Positions 8,717-18,617 of a stretch of 64,000 nt of DNA are shown here, one piece after another. The DNA comes from Synergistales bacterium (GTDB lineage Bacteria > Synergistota > Synergistia > Synergistales > JAFGMB01). The stretch's first letter is position 1; each line of letters opens with the position of its first letter. The translations under genes were made by a program, and so were the position numbers. The notes beneath the pieces were generated by a model that was not told the DNA's origin, ran no database searches, and worked only from the letters and a program-made list of their open reading frames with translations. The stretch is from the NCBI GenBank assembly GCA_963666205.1, contig OY762654.1, forward strand, positions 1,472,001 to 1,536,000, given 5' to 3'.

Positions 8717-9786
8717 TGGACTTCAAAGTAGATCATCCTGGAATGTTAACCACCGTTCAGGATCTGGGCAGATGGGGTTTCCTTGGCAAGGGAATGCCCA
8801 TTGCAGGTGCCATGGATCCTGCTGCCCTGCAAATGGGCAATATCATGGTGGGTAATCCTGCAAACACTGCTGCCCTGGAGATAACCATTATGGGACCCAC
8901 CCTTACCGTAACCGCAGGAGAAGCAATGGCTGTACTTACCGGAGCTGATCTTGGCCTAACCATAAATGGCAAATTAACACCGGCCTGGAAGTGCTTAATG
9001 ATAAGATCAGGCGATAACCTTGCCTTCAGAGGATCTTCGGCGAGGGGGTCCAGGGCTTATCTGTGCCTCAGCGGAGGAATAGAAGTAGACCCGGTTATGG
9101 GGAGCCGTTCCACCTATCTCAGGGGGAAAATGGGCGGTTTCAATGGAAGACCCCTTGCAAAGGGAGATGTTATCCATACAGGAAAGCCTCATCTGCTCTG
9201 GAAAAGATTCGATGACTTTGAATGCCCTGAAGACCTTATACCGGACTATGGGCAGCAAACAAAACTGAAGGCTGTTCCAGGACCGCAGGATAATCTTTTC
9301 ACTGAGAATGGGCTGAAAACCTTTTTCTCCTCTGAATATACCATCACAACTTCGGCTGACAGAATGGGTTACCGCCTGGAAGGACCCGTAATAGAACATC
9401 TTGGAGGTCCCGACATAATCTCAGATGCAATTCCTCCGGGATCGGTCCAGGTTCCCGGAAACTGCCAGCCCATAGTGATGCTTGCTGACGGGCAGACAAC
9501 CGGAGGATATGCCAAGATCGCCGTCCTGACGACCCTGGCCCGCTGCATGCTGGCACAACGTCTTCCGGGACAGACAGTATTCTTCGAAAGGACGGATCAG
9601 GATTCAGCCATCCTGGAAGCACGGCAGTTTGCAGAGAAGATCAGCAGACTGGCAATAGCAAGGGCAGCATTTTCGACAGGTCATACCATATTTCACCCGG
9701 AAGAAAGAGAATCGGCTTCGGGTTCCATGAAGATGAAAATCAATGACAGGATATGGAAAGTCGACTGGGAACTTCTTGATAAATAG
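8716..9786 (+). CDS. pxpC: 5-oxoprolinase subunit C (KipA-like)
   Basis: TTVQDLGR, GAMD, GSRST, DRMGYRL, QTTGGYAKI. Confidence 0.9.
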   Translation: MDFKVDHPGMLTTVQDLGRWGFLGKGMPIAGAMDPAALQMGNIMVGNPANTAALEITIMGPTLTVTAGEAMAVLTGADLGLTINGKLTPAWKCLMIRSGDNLAFRGSSARGSRAYLCLSGGIEVDPVMGSRSTYLRGKMGGFNGRPLAKGDVIHTGKPHLLWKRFDDFECPEDLIPDYGQQTKLKAVPGPQDNLFTENGLKTFFSSEYTITTSADRMGYRLEGPVIEHLGGPDIISDAIPPGSVQVPGNCQPIVMLADGQTTGGYAKIAVLTTLARCMLAQRLPGQTVFFERTDQDSAILEARQFAEKISRLAIARAAFSTGHTIFHPEERESASGSMKMKINDRIWKVDWELLDK

Positions 9787-9803
9787 GAAAGGGAGGAAGG
9801 ACT

Positions 9804-10577
9804 ATGTTCAAAATAGACCTGAACAGCGATCTTGGAGAAAGCTTCGGACCCTGGAAAATGGGACGGGACAAAGATGTTATGAAGAACGTTACATCTGCTA
9901 ACTTAGCATGTGGATTTCATGCAGGAGATCCCCTTGTAATGGCAGGAACTGTCGAACTGGCAGTATCTGCAGGAGTGGGTATAGGAGCCCATCCCGGCTA
10001 TCCCGACCTCCAGGGCTTCGGACGGCGGAAAATGATCTGTTCTGCGGAAGACATCTATACGGACACCCTTTACCAGATAGGCGCCCTTTCTGCCTTCTGC
10101 ACGGCAGCAGGCACCGAATTACAGCATGTGAAGGCCCATGGAGCCTTATACAACACTGCGGCAAAGGATATGGAGATAGCCCTTGCAATAACAAGGGCAG
10201 TCAAGGACTTCAGGGAAGATCTCATCCTTATGGGTCTGGCCAACTCCCTTTTCGAGAAAGCAGCAAAGGAGATGGAAGTCCCCTTCGCATCTGAAGCCTT
10301 CGCCGACAGGGCATACCAGGAGGACGGATCCCTTGTTCCCAGAAAAATGGAGGGTTCTGTCATTCATGACAGCCAGGTTGCAGCTCAACGGGTAATAAGA
10401 ATGGTAAAGGAAGGATCTGTTGAAACCATTACAGGTAAGATAATTTCTCTTAAACCCCATTCCATCTGCCTCCATGGCGATACCCCCGAAGCGGTGGAAA
10501 TGTCAGCGGCAGTAAAGGAAGCTCTTATCCGGGAGGGGATACAGGTGGTTCCTCTGAAAAAGGTGTTGCTGGGGTAA
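9804..10577 (+). CDS. pxpA: 5-oxoprolinase subunit A (LamB/YcsF family)
   Basis: DLNSDLGESFG, ACGFHAGD, HVKAHGALYN, EAFADRAY, ICLHGD. Confidence 0.92.
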   Translation: MFKIDLNSDLGESFGPWKMGRDKDVMKNVTSANLACGFHAGDPLVMAGTVELAVSAGVGIGAHPGYPDLQGFGRRKMICSAEDIYTDTLYQIGALSAFCTAAGTELQHVKAHGALYNTAAKDMEIALAITRAVKDFREDLILMGLANSLFEKAAKEMEVPFASEAFADRAYQEDGSLVPRKMEGSVIHDSQVAAQRVIRMVKEGSVETITGKIISLKPHSICLHGDTPEAVEMSAAVKEALIREGIQVVPLKKVLLG

Positions 10578-10610
10578 CATTATTGCAGGATTACCAGGTT
10601 TAACGAATTT

Positions 10611-10662
10611 TCTGGTAACAGATGGGCCAGGGCAGCAATGCCCTGGCCCATCTGTTACCAGA
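10611..10662. repeat. Perfect 24-bp inverted repeat with GCAA loop
   Basis: TCTGGTAACAGATGGGCCAGGGCA-GCAA-TGCCCTGGCCCATCTGTTACCAGA. Confidence 0.9.
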
Positions 10663-10806
10663 CCTGATTGTTAATCTTTTGTTTGATCAACAACTGCTCC
10701 AGTGAGTGAAGCCTTTTAAGATCCTCGTCGTTTTTTTCTTTCCTGTTCAACAGGCATGCCATAAAGGATCGGAGGAGAATGGCTTTCAATTATTTCGATA
10801 TAAATG

Positions 10807-10874
10807 TTCCGACTATTGACAAATATCGGAATAAGTATATCATGAATATCATTCGCGGAACAATAATTCCGTTT
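10807..10874 (+). promoter_or_regulatory. Promoter/operator of the TRAP operon (copy 1 of a duplicated element)
   Basis: TTGACA-N16-TATCAT plus palindrome CGGAA-N6-TTCCG (10856-10871); near-identical to 15043-15110. Confidence 0.75.
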
Positions 10875-11101
10875 CAATGATAATTAGAAACAATCTAATC
10901 CTTTTCCAAAAAATACAAAAGTCGAAACCTCCAGATGTCCAGTCCTGGTAATCCCGAGATGATTGCCTTGACTGAGAGCGATCAGTGGAATCAGACAGTA
11001 ATTGGTCATTCAGAAACCTTAAGAGAGAGGGGGCTTCGGGTTAATCTCATTTCTGGTGTGGGGAAAACTGGGAAACTAAAATATGAGAGGAGAAAAATTA
11101 A

Positions 11102-12166
11102 ATGAAAAAGAAAATGTTCCTGGCTTCTTTAGTCTTGCTAGCTGTTAGCCTCGCTGCTGTAGTGTTCACTCCAATAACTGCAATATCGGCGGAGAAACCG
11201 ATCGTGTGGAGAAATGCGATAATGTGTGGAGGCACTGAGGATGCATTTAACTGGGTAGAGCTCGCAGAAGAAGTGAAAACGGCTACAGATGGCCGACTCG
11301 TGATAGAGCTTTATTTACCAGGTGAACATCCCTATGGTCCTGCTGATTCACTTAGAGCAGTTCGGGATAATGAGTTCCAGATAACGGGGCTTACAGGTGG
11401 TTATGTAACTGGTGTTGACCCAAGGCTTGGGGTTCTGGACCTTCCGATGTTACTGCCTGGCGGCGACTATGAAACCTTCCTCAAAGTTCATGATGTTTTC
11501 GACAAGTACCTTGGCAAAGTTCTCACAGAAGACTGGAACTCCGAGGTTTTGATCCATCATAACTGGGGGAACATGCAGTTTTTCATGAAAAAGGGTTTTG
11601 TAGAGAATTGGGATAGCTTCAAGGGGAAAAAGGTCAGGGTATGGAGTGCCGAGATCGCCGACCTCGTAACTCTTCTTAACGGTACACCGGTCAACATCGC
11701 ATGGGGAGAGGTTTACACATCGCTGGCAACAGGTCTTGTGGACGGATTGACCACCGACTTCTTTTCTGCCTATAGCACCAGGCTTACTGAACTGGCCCCG
11801 GATGTGACCATGATGTCATATATGTTCGGTACCAATAACTACATCGTAAATAAAGATGCGTTGAATTCATTACCCGAAGACGTGAAGAAGATCCTACTCG
11901 ATGTAATGGCCAGGAAAGATCATTCCTTCCGAACTGCAACCGTACTAAAAGATGGCCTCGCGCTTCAGGAAGCGTTTCTGAAAGATAACATCAAGGCACA
12001 CGGAATATCCAAGGCCTTTTTTGACGATGTCAGAAAAAAATCATATGATGCCATATGGAAACCATGGATCGAGCGAAGTGGCTCGGAAGGCGCCGCAGCT
12101 TTTGATGAGGTAGCCAGACTCATAATAGATCTGGGATATGACGTTCCCGGTTATACGCCGAAGTAA
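11102..12166 (+). CDS. dctP: TRAP transporter substrate-binding protein (DctP family)
   Basis: Signal peptide; KGKKVR and WGEVYTSLATGLVDG motifs. Confidence 0.88.
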   Translation: MKKKMFLASLVLLAVSLAAVVFTPITAISAEKPIVWRNAIMCGGTEDAFNWVELAEEVKTATDGRLVIELYLPGEHPYGPADSLRAVRDNEFQITGLTGGYVTGVDPRLGVLDLPMLLPGGDYETFLKVHDVFDKYLGKVLTEDWNSEVLIHHNWGNMQFFMKKGFVENWDSFKGKKVRVWSAEIADLVTLLNGTPVNIAWGEVYTSLATGLVDGLTTDFFSAYSTRLTELAPDVTMMSYMFGTNNYIVNKDALNSLPEDVKKILLDVMARKDHSFRTATVLKDGLALQEAFLKDNIKAHGISKAFFDDVRKKSYDAIWKPWIERSGSEGAAAFDEVARLIIDLGYDVPGYTPK

Positions 12167-12208
12167 AGCAGGAGAACAGGCGTATCAAATACAGATAGGA
12201 GATATTGC

Positions 12209-12718
12209 GTGGGAAACATTCTTAATAAATTATCAAAGGCTGTTTCAATCAGTTTGGCAAGTGTAGCTGCCATAACCCTTGTTTCCTGGGTATTTGTGAT
12301 AGTGGTATTTGTCTTTGCTCGTGCCATTTTCAATGTGCAGTGGATGTTCGTAGAGGAATACACCGGTTATTGCATGGTTCTTTTGACTTCCTTTTCCTTT
12401 GCATACGCTCTGAGACGGGGAGCACACATAAATGTAACGGCTGTTGTGGATAATATTCCAAAGGGAATGCAAAAACCTTTGAGGATATTCGCTGATCTGG
12501 TAGGTCTGATAGTCACAGTTTACCTGACCTGGCACGGGATACGATGGCTGTTGCATGGATTACAGGGAGGAGAACGTTCCTGGTTCCCCAGCCGAACTCT
12601 TTTGTGGCCAGTTTACGCATTGATCCCTATAGGTCTGGCAGCTCTATCTCTGGAGTTTCTTAATCAGTTATTATCCAGTATAGCCAGCTTCCGCGAGGGT
12701 TGGACAGAACGAAAGTAA
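12209..12718 (+). CDS. dctQ: TRAP transporter small permease
   Basis: 4 TM; VEE..Y and GAHI motifs; lies between dctP and dctM. Confidence 0.85.
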   Translation: MGNILNKLSKAVSISLASVAAITLVSWVFVIVVFVFARAIFNVQWMFVEEYTGYCMVLLTSFSFAYALRRGAHINVTAVVDNIPKGMQKPLRIFADLVGLIVTVYLTWHGIRWLLHGLQGGERSWFPSRTLLWPVYALIPIGLAALSLEFLNQLLSSIASFREGWTERK

Positions 12719-12731
12719 GGGGGCAGATATT

Positions 12732-14042
12732 GTGCCATTGTGGTGGTTGATAATCCGACTCGTTATGCCTCTGTTTATATTGCTGGCAAGCGGGGTATAT
12801 ATTGCAGTTTCTCTTGCGGCCTCGGGTATTCTTGGCTTGGAATTTATTGTAAAAGTTCCCCAGCTTATCGGTAACCTGATGTTCAAAAATCTGAATAGCT
12901 ACACCCTTTTAGCTATTCCTCTGTACATCTTCATGGGAGAGATAATGCTCCACAGTGGTATAAGCCGTGGTCTTTTCAGTGGAGCTTCCAAGTTGACAAA
13001 GGTCGTACCCGGTTCATTACTACACACTAATATTTTAAGCTGCGCCTTTTTCGCTGCAGTCTCAGGTTCAAGCCTTGCTACTGCAGGTACTATAGGTAAA
13101 ATAGCCTATTCTGAAGAAAAAGCGCGCGGATACAAGCGGTCGATGATAGGCAGCACCATAGCAGCCGGGGGTTGTCTGGGTATTCTCATTCCCCCATCCA
13201 TAGATATGATCATCTATTGCGTTATCGTACGTGCTTCTGTGGGACGTCTCTTTGCGGCCGGTCTGATCCCTGGAATACTTCTGGCCCTGATCTTCAGCCT
13301 ATATATCGGAATAAGGGCTACTCTTGACCCGACGACATCAGAGCCCCGGGAAAAAGTGACCCTGGGTTATATCAGAGGCATCCCCGCTGCGCTTGGAGAA
13401 CTGTGGCCCCTGTTCCTGATAATGGGAATCGTTTTCGGTGGCATATATGGCGGTATATTCACACCTACCGAAGCTGCAGCGGTGGCCAGTGTCGCAGCAT
13501 TAGTAATAGCGGCTTTCTATGGGGAACTCACCTTCACACTATTGAAAGGAGCTGCTATGGCAGCCCTGGAAACAACCGCCATGATCCTTTTCATCATGCT
13601 CGGTGCCCAGATCTTTGCAATTGCCCTGTCCATGCTGAAGATACCTGCCCATTTATGTGCCATGGTGTCCAGTTTGCCGATCCATCCACTGATAATATGG
13701 TTCTTTGGTATTATCCCGCTCTATCTTGTTTTGGGATGCTTCCTGGATTGTGTTTCAATGATCGTGCTTACCGTTCCCATAATATATCCAATTGTGGTTG
13801 GCACATTCGGCTTTGACCCGATCATGTTCGGTGTGGTACTTGTTATACTGATCGAGTGTTCACTGCTGACCCCACCTGTGGGGATGAACATATTTGTTGT
13901 TCATAATGTTACCGGCGGAGGGGACATTATGGAGCTGTTCAAGGCGGCCGTTCCTTTCGTAGTATGTTTGCTGCTGGTAATTGCCATCCTTACATTTTTC
14001 CCGCAGATAGCTCTGTTTCTGCCTTCTCTTGTATTTGACTAA
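12732..14042 (+). CDS. dctM: TRAP transporter large permease
   Basis: LLAIPLY, SGSSLA, GILIPPS, FTPTEAA, LTPPVG. Confidence 0.92.
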   Translation: MPLWWLIIRLVMPLFILLASGVYIAVSLAASGILGLEFIVKVPQLIGNLMFKNLNSYTLLAIPLYIFMGEIMLHSGISRGLFSGASKLTKVVPGSLLHTNILSCAFFAAVSGSSLATAGTIGKIAYSEEKARGYKRSMIGSTIAAGGCLGILIPPSIDMIIYCVIVRASVGRLFAAGLIPGILLALIFSLYIGIRATLDPTTSEPREKVTLGYIRGIPAALGELWPLFLIMGIVFGGIYGGIFTPTEAAAVASVAALVIAAFYGELTFTLLKGAAMAALETTAMILFIMLGAQIFAIALSMLKIPAHLCAMVSSLPIHPLIIWFFGIIPLYLVLGCFLDCVSMIVLTVPIIYPIVVGTFGFDPIMFGVVLVILIECSLLTPPVGMNIFVVHNVTGGGDIMELFKAAVPFVVCLLLVIAILTFFPQIALFLPSLVFD

Positions 14043-14086
14043 AATATTAAAAAAGCCCGGCCACATTGCCGGGCTTTTTTAATATT
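14043..14086. terminator. Bidirectional terminator between convergent genes
   Basis: AATATTAAAAAAGCCCGGC/GCCGGGCTTTTTTAATATT. Confidence 0.85.
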
Positions 14087-14107
14087 GTGATTGTGGTCCG
14101 GATCATA

Positions 14108-14986
14108 CTAATTGTTGATCCCCCGGTCTACCAGAAGTTTTTCCAGCGAATGGAGGCGTTCAAGGACCTCTCCCCTCTTTCGCTTTCCTATCTCCACGAT
14201 AAGAGCATCAAGGATAGTCATTATGGGAACCAGAGAATAATGAGTCGAAGTGGAAGGAACACAGATCACCTCTGAAGCAAAAGGAACAGCCCTGTTTGCC
14301 AGGTCATCAGTGATAAGAATTACAGGAACTCCTTTTTCATTCGCATATTCAACAGCCTCAATGGTCCGGATTGCATAGTGGGGTCCACCCGCTGATATGG
14401 CCAGGAGGACATCCTCTTTTTCGAGATCTATCAACTGTTCATACATATGATCGCTTCCAAGACAGGCTGGAAGCCTTACGTTTGGAAGAAGCTGCCTGCA
14501 CAGAGTGAAAAAAGCTTCGGCGGCAGCGCGGGAAGACCGCATTCCCAGGATCAGGATCTGCCCTGCCTCGCATAAGCGTTCCACTGCACTGTGAAAGGCA
14601 TCGATATTCAGGGTAGAAAGACACTGGGTTATGGTATTGGCATTTTCCTGGACTACCTGTTCAAGGGAACCATCCATTGCCTTGTCTGTGGAAAAGGACT
14701 GCTCCAGTCTCCACCAGACAGAGGAATTGGTGGATATCATGATCTTATGAAGCTGGTTCTGGAAATCAACAAAAGAAGAATAACCCAGGCTGTTGATAGT
14801 CCTCATAACAGTAGCAGGACCCACACTTGTTTTTTCCGCAATAGCCTTGACGGTCAGGAAAGCAGCCTCCCTATAATTATGAAGGAGGAACTCACAAACC
14901 TGCTTCTGCTGAGTAGGAAGGGTCTCCATGCCTTCCTGAAGTTTTTCAAAGACCGTGATTTTGACTTCACCATGTGGCACCATCAA
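14108..14986 (-). CDS. RpiR/MurR-family transcriptional regulator (HTH + SIS)
   Basis: HTH VGPATVMR..LGYSSF..FQ; SIS domain GMRSS, LAIS, VILITD. Confidence 0.88.
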   Translation of the reverse strand: MMVPHGEVKITVFEKLQEGMETLPTQQKQVCEFLLHNYREAAFLTVKAIAEKTSVGPATVMRTINSLGYSSFVDFQNQLHKIMISTNSSVWWRLEQSFSTDKAMDGSLEQVVQENANTITQCLSTLNIDAFHSAVERLCEAGQILILGMRSSRAAAEAFFTLCRQLLPNVRLPACLGSDHMYEQLIDLEKEDVLLAISAGGPHYAIRTIEAVEYANEKGVPVILITDDLANRAVPFASEVICVPSTSTHYSLVPIMTILDALIVEIGKRKRGEVLERLHSLEKLLVDRGINN

Positions 14987-15042
14987 TTACCCCCTATTTA
15001 TTGAACTTAAGGAATATGATCTCCTGCTATCCGATATATATA

Positions 15043-15110
15043 TTCCGGCTATTGACAATCTTTGGAATAAGTATATCATAAATACTATTCGCGGAACAAT
15101 AATTCCGTTT
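15043..15110 (+). promoter_or_regulatory. Promoter/operator of the AOR operon (copy 2)
   Basis: TTGACA 15052-15057, TATCAT, CGGAACAATAATTCCG 15092-15107. Confidence 0.75.
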
Positions 15111-15175
15111 ACTCTATAAAACAGAATAAAAATGATTCGTACGGATTTTCATGGGATAAACAGGGAGGTAGTTTC

Positions 15176-17341
15176 ATGAATGCTAAAACTCCAATAGAAA
15201 AAATGAATATCATCAAGTCTTTTAATTATGAACCCGCAGATATCAGAAAAGGTTACACGGACCGGATACTCCATCTGAATATCTCAGAACATTCCTTTGA
15301 GAACAAGGCAGTACCTTCGGATATGAAAAGGAATTTCATCGGAGGAAAGGGTTATGGGATGAAACTTCTATGGGATGCAGTCGATGGAAGAACATCCTGG
15401 GATCATCCTGATAATGAATTCATAGTCTCACCTGGGCCAGTATGTGGAACAACACAATACCCCGGCTGCGGCAAATCAATAGTAGTGACCCTCTCCCCAC
15501 TTACAGGAACTGCTATAGACAGCAATGTTGGAGGATACTTCGGCCCCCTTATGAAATGCGCAGGCTGGGATGTCCTGGAAATAAAAGGGAAATCGGATAA
15601 AGACATCATTATAGTAATAGACGGCGATAAAGGACAGATACTCCTCATAGAAGATTACCTCGATAGTAGTGACAGCCACCTTGTTGCAGCCCAGCTCACC
15701 AGGGATATGGCAAGGGATGAAACAGACAGGCCCAATGTTGCAGTTGTCTCCGCGGGCAGGGGAGCTGAGAACTCTCTCTGGGGAATGGTTAATTTTTCCC
15801 TTTATGACCGCCGCCGCAAGGATGTTCGGCTAAAGCAGGCCGGCAGGGGTGGTACTGGAACAGTCCTGAGAAACAAAGGAATAAAAGCCATTGTTGTCAG
15901 ATCCTCTATTTACCTTGGAGACATGAACAAGGCTCAGGATCCTGCCATTGTAAGAGATCTAGGGCTCAAGGTCCACAAAGAGATATTTACCCTGGACAAC
16001 AAACAGATCAAGATGAGGAAAAGCGGCACTTCCTTCCTTGTCGAACTCTGCAACAGCTATGAACTTCTCCCCGTAGAAAATTACAAGTATGGATCAAGCC
16101 CCGAACACTACAAGGTTAAAAGGGAGGTCTGGGAAAAAGCATTTACCCAGGGTATTCCTGATGGCTGCTGGTACGGATGCAGCATCCAGTGTGCAAAAGC
16201 AGTAGACGGATTTACCCTTGCCACAGGACCATACAAAGGAGAAAAAGTCATCGTGGATGGGCCTGAATATGAGACTATCGGTGCCCTTGGAACAAATTGC
16301 GGGATATTTGATCCTGTCCATATCCTGGAAGCTAATTTTTACTGCGATACATACGGTCTTGACACAATAGGAGTAGGAACCGGAACGGCCTTCGTAATGG
16401 AATGTTATGAACTTGGAATTCTTGACAGGGAAAAAACGGGGGGACTGGAACTTACCTTCGGTAATAAGGATGCCGCCATTGAACTTCTCCATCAGATTGG
16501 GAATGGAGAGGGTTTTGGAAAGATCGCCGGGAAGGGCATAAAGAAAATGAAAGAACACTTCATCAGGGAATTCGGTTCCGACCCGGTTATTCTGAATGAT
16601 ATCGGAATGGAAACCAAGGGACTTGAGTATTCGGAGTATGTGACTAAAGACTGTATCTCTCAACAGGCAGGTTTTGCCATGGCCAACAAGGGACCTCAAC
16701 ATGATGAAACATGGATGATGGGTATGGAAGTAATAAACAAGGAACTGCCTTCTTTGGGAGATAAGGTGGAAGCTATCTACTGGTTCTCTCTCTTCAGGAC
16801 ATGGTTCAGCCTTAATGGAACATGCAAAATGCCCTGGGCAGATATCGTACCAAAGGACAACTATCTTAAACCCAAAGCTGCAAGGGTCCCTGAACACGTG
16901 GAGAATCTTGTAAAACTCTACAGTGCAGTTACAGGGAATGAGATAGATGAAGAAGAAATGATACGGCAGTCCGAGCGGGTACACAACCTTCAGCGGGTCC
17001 TGAATGTCAAGATGGGAATCTGGGGAAGAGAAAAGGATACACCCCCCTACAGGGCAATGGGACCTGTAACTGAAGAAGAATATCTTCACAGAAAAGAATA
17101 TTACGATGAAATGATTCGGTCTCAGATCAAAGGAATACCCGATACCATGAAAATTAAGGAAAAACTTTCAGTCATAAGGGAATATAAGGAGGACAATTAC
17201 AGAACCCTCCAGCAGATGATCTATCAGAAAAGAGGATGGAATGAAGAAGGTGTGCCAAAACCGGAAACCCTTAAAAGATTGGGTATAGATTATCCGGACC
17301 TTATGAATACGGTTGAGAAAGCACTGGTTCAAAAAAATTAA
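15176..17341 (+). CDS. Aldehyde:ferredoxin oxidoreductase family (tungstopterin) enzyme
   Basis: FIGGKG, SPLTG..DSNVGG.FG, AGRGG.G, CxxCxxxC, GPEYET, CDTYGLDTI, YQKRGW...GVP. Confidence 0.9.
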   Translation: MNAKTPIEKMNIIKSFNYEPADIRKGYTDRILHLNISEHSFENKAVPSDMKRNFIGGKGYGMKLLWDAVDGRTSWDHPDNEFIVSPGPVCGTTQYPGCGKSIVVTLSPLTGTAIDSNVGGYFGPLMKCAGWDVLEIKGKSDKDIIIVIDGDKGQILLIEDYLDSSDSHLVAAQLTRDMARDETDRPNVAVVSAGRGAENSLWGMVNFSLYDRRRKDVRLKQAGRGGTGTVLRNKGIKAIVVRSSIYLGDMNKAQDPAIVRDLGLKVHKEIFTLDNKQIKMRKSGTSFLVELCNSYELLPVENYKYGSSPEHYKVKREVWEKAFTQGIPDGCWYGCSIQCAKAVDGFTLATGPYKGEKVIVDGPEYETIGALGTNCGIFDPVHILEANFYCDTYGLDTIGVGTGTAFVMECYELGILDREKTGGLELTFGNKDAAIELLHQIGNGEGFGKIAGKGIKKMKEHFIREFGSDPVILNDIGMETKGLEYSEYVTKDCISQQAGFAMANKGPQHDETWMMGMEVINKELPSLGDKVEAIYWFSLFRTWFSLNGTCKMPWADIVPKDNYLKPKAARVPEHVENLVKLYSAVTGNEIDEEEMIRQSERVHNLQRVLNVKMGIWGREKDTPPYRAMGPVTEEEYLHRKEYYDEMIRSQIKGIPDTMKIKEKLSVIREYKEDNYRTLQQMIYQKRGWNEEGVPKPETLKRLGIDYPDLMNTVEKALVQKN

Positions 17342-17370
17342 ATATCAGAAATACCAGGATCAAGGAGGTC

Positions 17371-18480
17371 TTGAAATTGCCAGTACCAAGTGTAAAAACA
17401 TTAATGCTTTCCCAGGATGATCTCATCAAAGTAGGAGTCCAGGACATGCCCAAATGCGTGGATGTCATAGAGGGTGTTTTCGAACTTCTGGGTAAAGGCG
17501 ACTACATGATGGGTGGTCCCCGGGAGAACGAGCACGGCCAGATGATCTGGTTCCCTGAAGAAAAAAGATTCAATATTCCAGTTACCGGCCCCGACAGACG
17601 TTTCATGGCTATGATCGCCTATCTCGGCGGAGAGTACAATATCTGCGGAGAAAAATGGTATGGCTCAAATGCGGAAAACAAGAAGAAGGGCCTCCCAAGA
17701 TCTATCCTGACCACCATTCTTAACGACGCTGATACAGGAATCCCCTTTGCGATCATGTCCGGTAACATGATAAGCGCCATGAGGACAGGGGCTGTTCCCG
17801 GAGTGGCAGCAAGACATCTTGGCCGCAAGGGCTCAAAAGTCATAGGAGCCATTGGCGCAGGCGTTATCAATAAAACATGCACCCTTGCCATCGCAGCAGG
17901 CGTAGGAACTATAGAAGAAGCAGTAGTCTACGATCCATTTCCCTCCGCTTCCAGGGCCTATGCTGAGGAAATGAAGGAGAAGCTCGGTATCAGTGTACGT
18001 ATAGTAGACACAATTAAAGAAGCTGTTGAAAATGCAGATGTCATTACTATCGCCACCTCTGGAGAAAACTTCCCCCGCATTGAAACGGAATGGCTGAAGA
18101 AGGGGGTCCTTCTAACCATGACAGGTGCGGCAGACATGGATGAAGAGGCTTTCCACAAATGTACCCTTTTTGCAGATAACTGGAAGATGCACCAGGCATT
18201 TATAGCCGATGGAAACGAACATCCCAAGGGTTTCACCGCTCTTGAAGTAATTGCACCTTCATACCCGCTTATCAAGCTTGTCAATGAAGGCAAAATTGAC
18301 GAAAAGGTCATCCGTAACCTTGGAGAAGTTGTTCTTGGTACCGATTCCGGCAGAAAAGACGATGATGAGAAGATCATTTTCGTTACCGGAGGGATGCCCG
18401 TACACGACCTGGCATGGGGTATGACCTTGTACAGGGAAGCGGTAAAACAGGGGCTTGGATCTGAATTCACGTTCTTTTAA
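17371..18480 (+). CDS. Ornithine cyclodeaminase / mu-crystallin family protein
   Basis: KWYGSN, GLPRS, SAMRTGA, IGAGVI, GRKDDDE, GMPVHDLAW. Confidence 0.85.
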   Translation: MKLPVPSVKTLMLSQDDLIKVGVQDMPKCVDVIEGVFELLGKGDYMMGGPRENEHGQMIWFPEEKRFNIPVTGPDRRFMAMIAYLGGEYNICGEKWYGSNAENKKKGLPRSILTTILNDADTGIPFAIMSGNMISAMRTGAVPGVAARHLGRKGSKVIGAIGAGVINKTCTLAIAAGVGTIEEAVVYDPFPSASRAYAEEMKEKLGISVRIVDTIKEAVENADVITIATSGENFPRIETEWLKKGVLLTMTGAADMDEEAFHKCTLFADNWKMHQAFIADGNEHPKGFTALEVIAPSYPLIKLVNEGKIDEKVIRNLGEVVLGTDSGRKDDDEKIIFVTGGMPVHDLAWGMTLYREAVKQGLGSEFTFF

Positions 18481-18524
18481 AACCTGAATAAAACTCATAA
18501 AGCAGATAATATTTACACCTCTAT

Positions 18525-18558
18525 GGGGCCCGGATCTTTTCGGGCCCCTTTACTTTTG
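18525..18558 (+). terminator. Intrinsic terminator
   Basis: GGGGCCCG/CGGGCCCC followed by T-rich tail. Confidence 0.75.
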
Positions 18559-18617
18559 TTATTCTGTAATTTAACATAGTAGTGTTATGCATAATATAAA
18601 CACAGGAGGGATAGTAA

